The translations under genes were made by a program, and so were the position numbers. DNA of 64,000 bases from Candidatus Hydrogenedentota bacterium (GTDB lineage: Bacteria > Hydrogenedentota > Hydrogenedentia > Hydrogenedentales > Hydrogenedentaceae). Positions 60,091 through 64,000 of the stretch are shown piece by piece (the stretch's first letter is position 1; each line of letters begins with the position of its first letter). The stretch covers positions 11,954 through 75,953 of the forward strand of contig JAOAHN010000122.1 in the NCBI GenBank assembly GCA_026415215.1. The letters are read 5' to 3'. Below the pieces are notes generated by a model, which was given only the letters and a program-made list of their open reading frames with translations, did not search any database and was not told the origin of the DNA.

Positions 60091-60341
60091 AACATTGGCT
60101 CATGTCTACCTTTTCCAGGTCCATTTGGGTGGCGGAGACAAAAATTTGCAGACATTGAAGATATTGAGGAGAATTTTTTCCCACAATATTTACAAATATA
60201 TGTAGTTTTTTCTTCTCCCTCGTAAGGGAGATGTCTCCCTTTTCCGAAACCTAAAGGATGTCGAGGACACAGCGAAGATGTAAGTGAAACTACATCATTA
60301 GCCTGTCTTCCACAATATTTGCATACATATTTAGGTGACAT
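60087..60341 (-). CDS. Small protein (84 aa) with two tandem Cys2-Cys-His zinc-ribbon-like repeats
   Basis: Repeat 1 'YVCKYCGRQANDVVSLTSSLCPRHPLGFGKGRHLP'. Repeat 2 'YICKYCGKKFSSISSMSANFCLRHPNGPGKGRHEP'. Each has CxxC-N14-CxxH-P-x-G-x-GKGRH. Confidence 0.5.
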   Translation of the reverse strand: MSPKYVCKYCGRQANDVVSLTSSLCPRHPLGFGKGRHLPYEGEEKTTYICKYCGKKFSSISSMSANFCLRHPNGPGKGRHEPML

Positions 60342-60383
60342 TTTTGCACTCCTTATAATTAGAATTTTCCCAAACCTATAATT

Positions 60384-61118
60384 TTATATTTCTATCTTTG
60401 CTCCTAATTCTTTAGCAACGAGTATACTTGAGCGGAGTAGTGCGTCAAAACTTCCACAATCTGCCCACCACCCTTCTAAAAACTCGTAAGTCATAGTACC
60501 GCGTCTTATATATTCATTGTTTACATCAGTTATCTCCAATTCTCCTCTTGCACTCGGCTTCAATCTCTTGCATATTTCAAATACATCTGAGTCGTACATA
60601 TATATACCTATTACTGCATAGTTAGTGGGAGGATTCTTGGGCTTTTCAATTATCTCTTTTACTTTTCCCCCTTCTATGACTGCCACTCCAAACTCCTGAG
60701 GGTTCGAGACCTCTTTCAAAAATATTTTTGCTCCCTCCGACTGCTTTTCAAATTCTTCTAACGCTTTCTTTATACTACCCTGAATGAAATTATCTCCAAG
60801 TATTACGACTACCTTATCCTTTCCTACAAACGGTTCTGTAAGTGACAATGCATGGGCGATTCCCCCCTCTGTTTTTTGATATGTATAATGAAGCTGGTTA
60901 AGTCCAAAATCTTCTCCGTTTCCTAAGAGTCTAAGAAAATCTCCTGCATTATTACCTCCAGTTACAATCATTATGTCTTTTACACCTGCATCTACAAGGG
61001 TTTGTATTGGATAAAAAATCATGGGTTTGTTATATACAGGAAGGAGATGCTTATTTGTAACGCGAGTGAGGGGAAGTAACCTTGTTCCTAATCCTCCAGC
61101 TAATACTACACCTTTCAT
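60384..61118 (-). CDS. Sugar-1-phosphate nucleotidyltransferase, RmlA-like (glucose-1-phosphate thymidylyltransferase, short form)
   Basis: The N-terminus 'MKGVVLAGGLGTRLLPLTRVTNKHLLPVYNKPMIFYPIQTL' closely matches the RmlA signature (GGxGTRL...K.LLPVYDKPMIYYP). At 244 aa it is shorter than canonical RmlA. Confidence 0.65.
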   Translation of the reverse strand: MKGVVLAGGLGTRLLPLTRVTNKHLLPVYNKPMIFYPIQTLVDAGVKDIMIVTGGNNAGDFLRLLGNGEDFGLNQLHYTYQKTEGGIAHALSLTEPFVGKDKVVVILGDNFIQGSIKKALEEFEKQSEGAKIFLKEVSNPQEFGVAVIEGGKVKEIIEKPKNPPTNYAVIGIYMYDSDVFEICKRLKPSARGELEITDVNNEYIRRGTMTYEFLEGWWADCGSFDALLRSSILVAKELGAKIEI

Positions 61119-61364
61119 TTTATTCTCCTTCTTATAGGTGTTCTAAGGTTGATTATACTTTTTTTACCTCCAAAAATTTAATCTTTGTAACTGATGAAAA
61201 TTTAAATTCTATGTTTAGAGTTGCAAATAAGGATTGTATTTAGATATTTTCATTCCTGCAAGTCTTAGATTAATAATGTTCATATACTACAATTATAGAT
61301 ACGAAACCTATGAATATTTCATTGTTGTTATCAATTTACCTTAATATAAAGGCATAAGGAGATT

Positions 61365-62600
61365 ATGTCTTCTTCAACAGTGAGAGAGTGGTTAAATCTT
61401 TTCTTGATACCAGGGATTGGGTCAAATGTAATTCTTAAATTAGTAGCTCGGTTCGGTTCTCCTAAAGAGGTGCTTACCGCATCTGAGTCAGAGCTGGCTA
61501 ATGTAGTTGGATATTCTTATGCTCGGATACTCTCTTATTATAGAGAAACGGTAGATTTAGATGGTGAACTCAAGAAGATTGATAAGCACGAGGTAAAAAT
61601 CATTACTTTAGATGATAGTGATTATCCTGTTTCCCTTGCGGAGCTTTACGACCCTCCGATGGTTTTGTATGTGAAAGGGGAACTAAAGCCGACTGACCTA
61701 TATTCTGTTTCTATAGTAGGGACCAGGAATTGTTCTCCGTATGGGGCAAAGGTAACTGAGTATTTTTCCCGGGGACTTGCAGAAGTTGGTATTACTATAG
61801 TTAGTGGGTTAGCCATAGGAGTGGATGGAATAGCTCATAAGTCTGCATTGAGTGCAGGGGGGAGAACGATTGCCTTTTTAGGCTCTGGGATTGATGTTAT
61901 TTATCCATCTAAACATGAGCAGTTGTTCAGTGAAATTAAAGATAACGGAGCAGTAATTTCTACTTTTCCTATGGGAACTCAGCCAGTAGGGAAAAATTTC
62001 CCTATTAGAAATAGGTTTATAAGCGGATTTAGTTTTGGCACAATTGTAACTGAAGCGACTTTGTCCAGTGGGGCACTTATCACTGCTAAGTATGCAGTAG
62101 AGCAGGGTAAGACTGTATTTGCGGTTCCAGGACCAATTGGATATCCAGGAAGTGAAGGCCCTCATTGGCTTATCAATCAGGGTGCAAAATTGGTTGAAAA
62201 AAGTTCAGATATAATTGAGGAAGTGCCGAATTACCTTAAAGATTACTTAATTTCTTGTAAAACTACTCCTCCGGGCCCAGACTTTGATAGACTATCTTCA
62301 CCCGCAAACTCAAATTTATCTGATAAATCACACTCCGCTGGTAGTAAGAAAGATATTTCTCGCCTTGAAACTCAGTCTGAGAATAATTCTTCTACCTCAA
62401 AGGGAAGTTTCTCTGGTATTCACAATATTTCCCCTCAAGAACAGAAAATACTATCTGTCCTATCTCCTAATGGTTCTTATGTAGACGAGGTCGCCTTGAG
62501 TTGTAATATCCCTGTTTCTGAAGCACTTTCTCTACTTACCATGATGGAAATGAAAGGATTAGTTACACAATTTTCCGGAAAGAGGTTTGCAAAAGCATAG
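61365..62600 (+). CDS. dprA: DNA processing protein A
   Basis: Rossmann-like DprA core ('SIVGTRNCSPYG', 'GLAIGVDGIAHKSAL', 'TVFAVPGPI'). Ser-rich linker and a C-terminal winged-helix-like tail. Confidence 0.8.
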   Translation: MSSSTVREWLNLFLIPGIGSNVILKLVARFGSPKEVLTASESELANVVGYSYARILSYYRETVDLDGELKKIDKHEVKIITLDDSDYPVSLAELYDPPMVLYVKGELKPTDLYSVSIVGTRNCSPYGAKVTEYFSRGLAEVGITIVSGLAIGVDGIAHKSALSAGGRTIAFLGSGIDVIYPSKHEQLFSEIKDNGAVISTFPMGTQPVGKNFPIRNRFISGFSFGTIVTEATLSSGALITAKYAVEQGKTVFAVPGPIGYPGSEGPHWLINQGAKLVEKSSDIIEEVPNYLKDYLISCKTTPPGPDFDRLSSPANSNLSDKSHSAGSKKDISRLETQSENNSSTSKGSFSGIHNISPQEQKILSVLSPNGSYVDEVALSCNIPVSEALSLLTMMEMKGLVTQFSGKRFAKA

Positions 62601-62613
62601 GTTTTTCAGATGC

Positions 62614-63366
62614 ATGATTAGAACAGAAGGATTGACTAAGATATTTGGAGAAAAAGTTGCTGTTAAAAATCTGACAATGGAAATTCCACGGGGCACTTTC
62701 TTTTGTTTCCTCGGACCTAACGGGGCAGGAAAAACCACTACCATAAAGATGTTAACTGGCCTGATGCGTCCTACTAAGGGGAGGGCTTTCATAGGGGGAA
62801 TTGATATTCAAGAAAATCCTGTAGAAGCTAAAAAACTAATTGGTTTTGTTCCTGACCACCCATTCCTTTATGACAAACTCACGGGAAGAGAATTTTTGAA
62901 ATTCGTTGCTGGATTGTATCGCATCTCAGAGCCAGAATATAAGGAAAGGATGGAAGAGTTGATTCACTTATTTGAATTAACTCAGGTAATTGATGAGCTC
63001 ATAGAAGATTATAGCCATGGTATGAGACAAAAGCTCTCTTTTACTGCTTGCTTCCTTCATAAACCAGAGGTGGTAATTGTAGATGAACCGTGGGTCGGAC
63101 TTGATCCTAAAAATATCAGATTTGTCAAAAACTATCTCAAAGAAAAAACCCGTTCAGAAGAACTTACAGTATTTATGTCTACACATACTTTGGGAATTGC
63201 GGAAGAAATAGCAGATATCATAGGTATAATTCACAATGGAAGTCTTTGTGCTTTTGGCTCGGTAGAGCAAATCAAGGCATTATCGGATAAACCGGGAAAT
63301 TTGGAAGATGTATTTCTCGAACTCACTAAAGACACTGACGAAGTTTCTATGAGAGATGAGAAGTAA
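62614..63366 (+). CDS. ABC transporter ATP-binding protein
   Basis: Start re-set to ATG 62614 ('MIRTEGLTKIFG'). Walker A 'GPNGAGKTT'. Signature 'YSHGMRQKLSF'. Walker B 'VVIVDEPWVGLD'. Confidence 0.85.
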   Translation: MIRTEGLTKIFGEKVAVKNLTMEIPRGTFFCFLGPNGAGKTTTIKMLTGLMRPTKGRAFIGGIDIQENPVEAKKLIGFVPDHPFLYDKLTGREFLKFVAGLYRISEPEYKERMEELIHLFELTQVIDELIEDYSHGMRQKLSFTACFLHKPEVVIVDEPWVGLDPKNIRFVKNYLKEKTRSEELTVFMSTHTLGIAEEIADIIGIIHNGSLCAFGSVEQIKALSDKPGNLEDVFLELTKDTDEVSMRDEK

Positions 63367-63371
63367 TAATT

Positions 63372-64000
63372 ATGAGCGAAGTCCTCGCCATACTATACGC
63401 TAAGAAAAATATATTAAAGCATCAGATTCTCAGTGTAAAGGATGAATCAAAGTTAAAGATATCAGTTATAACCATCTCCGCAATTGCGATTTGGCTGGGT
63501 ATTTTCTTTGGTTTGTATGAAGGATTTGAATGGCTCCTTAAGTTCGGTTCGCGGTCCGGTATTGAGGTTAATATAGGTGAACTACTTATGGCTCGAATGT
63601 TTACGCTACTTGTTAGTGCCGTGTTTTTGTTCCTAATATTTTCTAATGTACTTGTGGCTTTTTTTACGCTTTATAAGGCGGAGGAAGTTCAATACCTTCT
63701 TCACGCACCTATATCCTTTGATAAGTTTTTTTTGGTTCGCTTTTTAGAATGTGTAGTTTTTAGCTCTTGGTCTGTAGCATTTTTAGGGGTTCCACTTATT
63801 CTTGCCTATGGGTTTAGTATAAAGGCACCGGTTATTTTCTATATAACTGCCTTAGTATTCTTTCTCCCATTTATTTTGATACCTGCAAGTATCGGAAACC
63901 TAATAACAATGTTCTTGGTATTGATTTTCCCACGATTAAAATTGAGAACCATGGTTATAATTGGCATCATAGGCGTTGTATTTCTGTTCTGGTATGTTAG
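63372..64000 (+). CDS. ABC-2-type transporter permease (3' end beyond the window)
   Basis: ATG 63372. The frame is open to nt 64000, and translation gives multiple hydrophobic TM segments ('...AIAIWLGIFFGLYEGF...VIFYITALVFFLPFILIP...'). Confidence 0.6.
   Translation, partial: MSEVLAILYAKKNILKHQILSVKDESKLKISVITISAIAIWLGIFFGLYEGFEWLLKFGSRSGIEVNIGELLMARMFTLLVSAVFLFLIFSNVLVAFFTLYKAEEVQYLLHAPISFDKFFLVRFLECVVFSSWSVAFLGVPLILAYGFSIKAPVIFYITALVFFLPFILIPASIGNLITMFLVLIFPRLKLRTMVIIGIIGVVFLFWYV

Overview
This 64 kb window is an AT-rich (roughly 38-40% GC by eye) bacterial chromosomal segment with dense coding on both strands. I call about 50 protein genes and 2 tRNAs. I found no rRNA, no CRISPR array, and no transposase or integrase.

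The main gene groups are:
- A MoxR AAA+ ATPase / DUF58 / transglutaminase-like trio at the left edge, with the MoxR gene 5'-truncated by the window boundary.
- Housekeeping genes: pdxA, recF, a DUF721 protein, gyrA, gyrB, rsgA, dprA, an ABC transporter, and a NUDIX-pncB-nadE NAD salvage cluster.
- Anaerobe-type stress genes: an Rrf2 regulator upstream of hybrid-cluster protein hcp, a divergent Tat-exported Fe/Mn superoxide dismutase, a nitroreductase, and a PPi-dependent phosphofructokinase.
- A carbohydrate-active and surface-protein block: two secreted clan-A glycoside hydrolases, a beta-propeller/Ig surface protein, a GH4 enzyme, and a Tat-signal Gfo/Idh/MocA oxidoreductase.

Three features point to the Planctomycetes-Verrucomicrobia-Chlamydiae (PVC) superphylum: a prepilin-type N-terminal DUF1559 (H-X9-DG) protein, FG-GAP repeat exoproteins, and Tat-signal Gfo/Idh/MocA proteins. 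This placement is inference only.

The most unusual feature is a tight minus-strand operon from 59789 down to 51632. It is headed by fliW and csrA, the flagellin partner-switch pair. No flagellin gene follows. Instead the operon continues into a 212-aa unknown protein, a 1107-aa fusion protein, a second CgeB-like glycosyltransferase, and an extended GT9 heptosyltransferase-like protein. The 1107-aa fusion carries four modules: a GT4 glycosyltransferase, a CgeB-like domain, a SAM methyltransferase, and TPR repeats. This is a candidate protein (possibly flagellin) glycosylation system under CsrA/FliW control.

Other items not in the supplied ORF track or otherwise unexpected:
- Two paralogous 37/40-aa amphipathic peptides in the gap between the two GH genes.
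- A 47-aa membrane mini-ORF.
- A tandem-duplicated zinc-ribbon mini-protein.
- A tRNA-Leu whose anticodon I read as AAG.
- Several palindromic operator or terminator hairpins.
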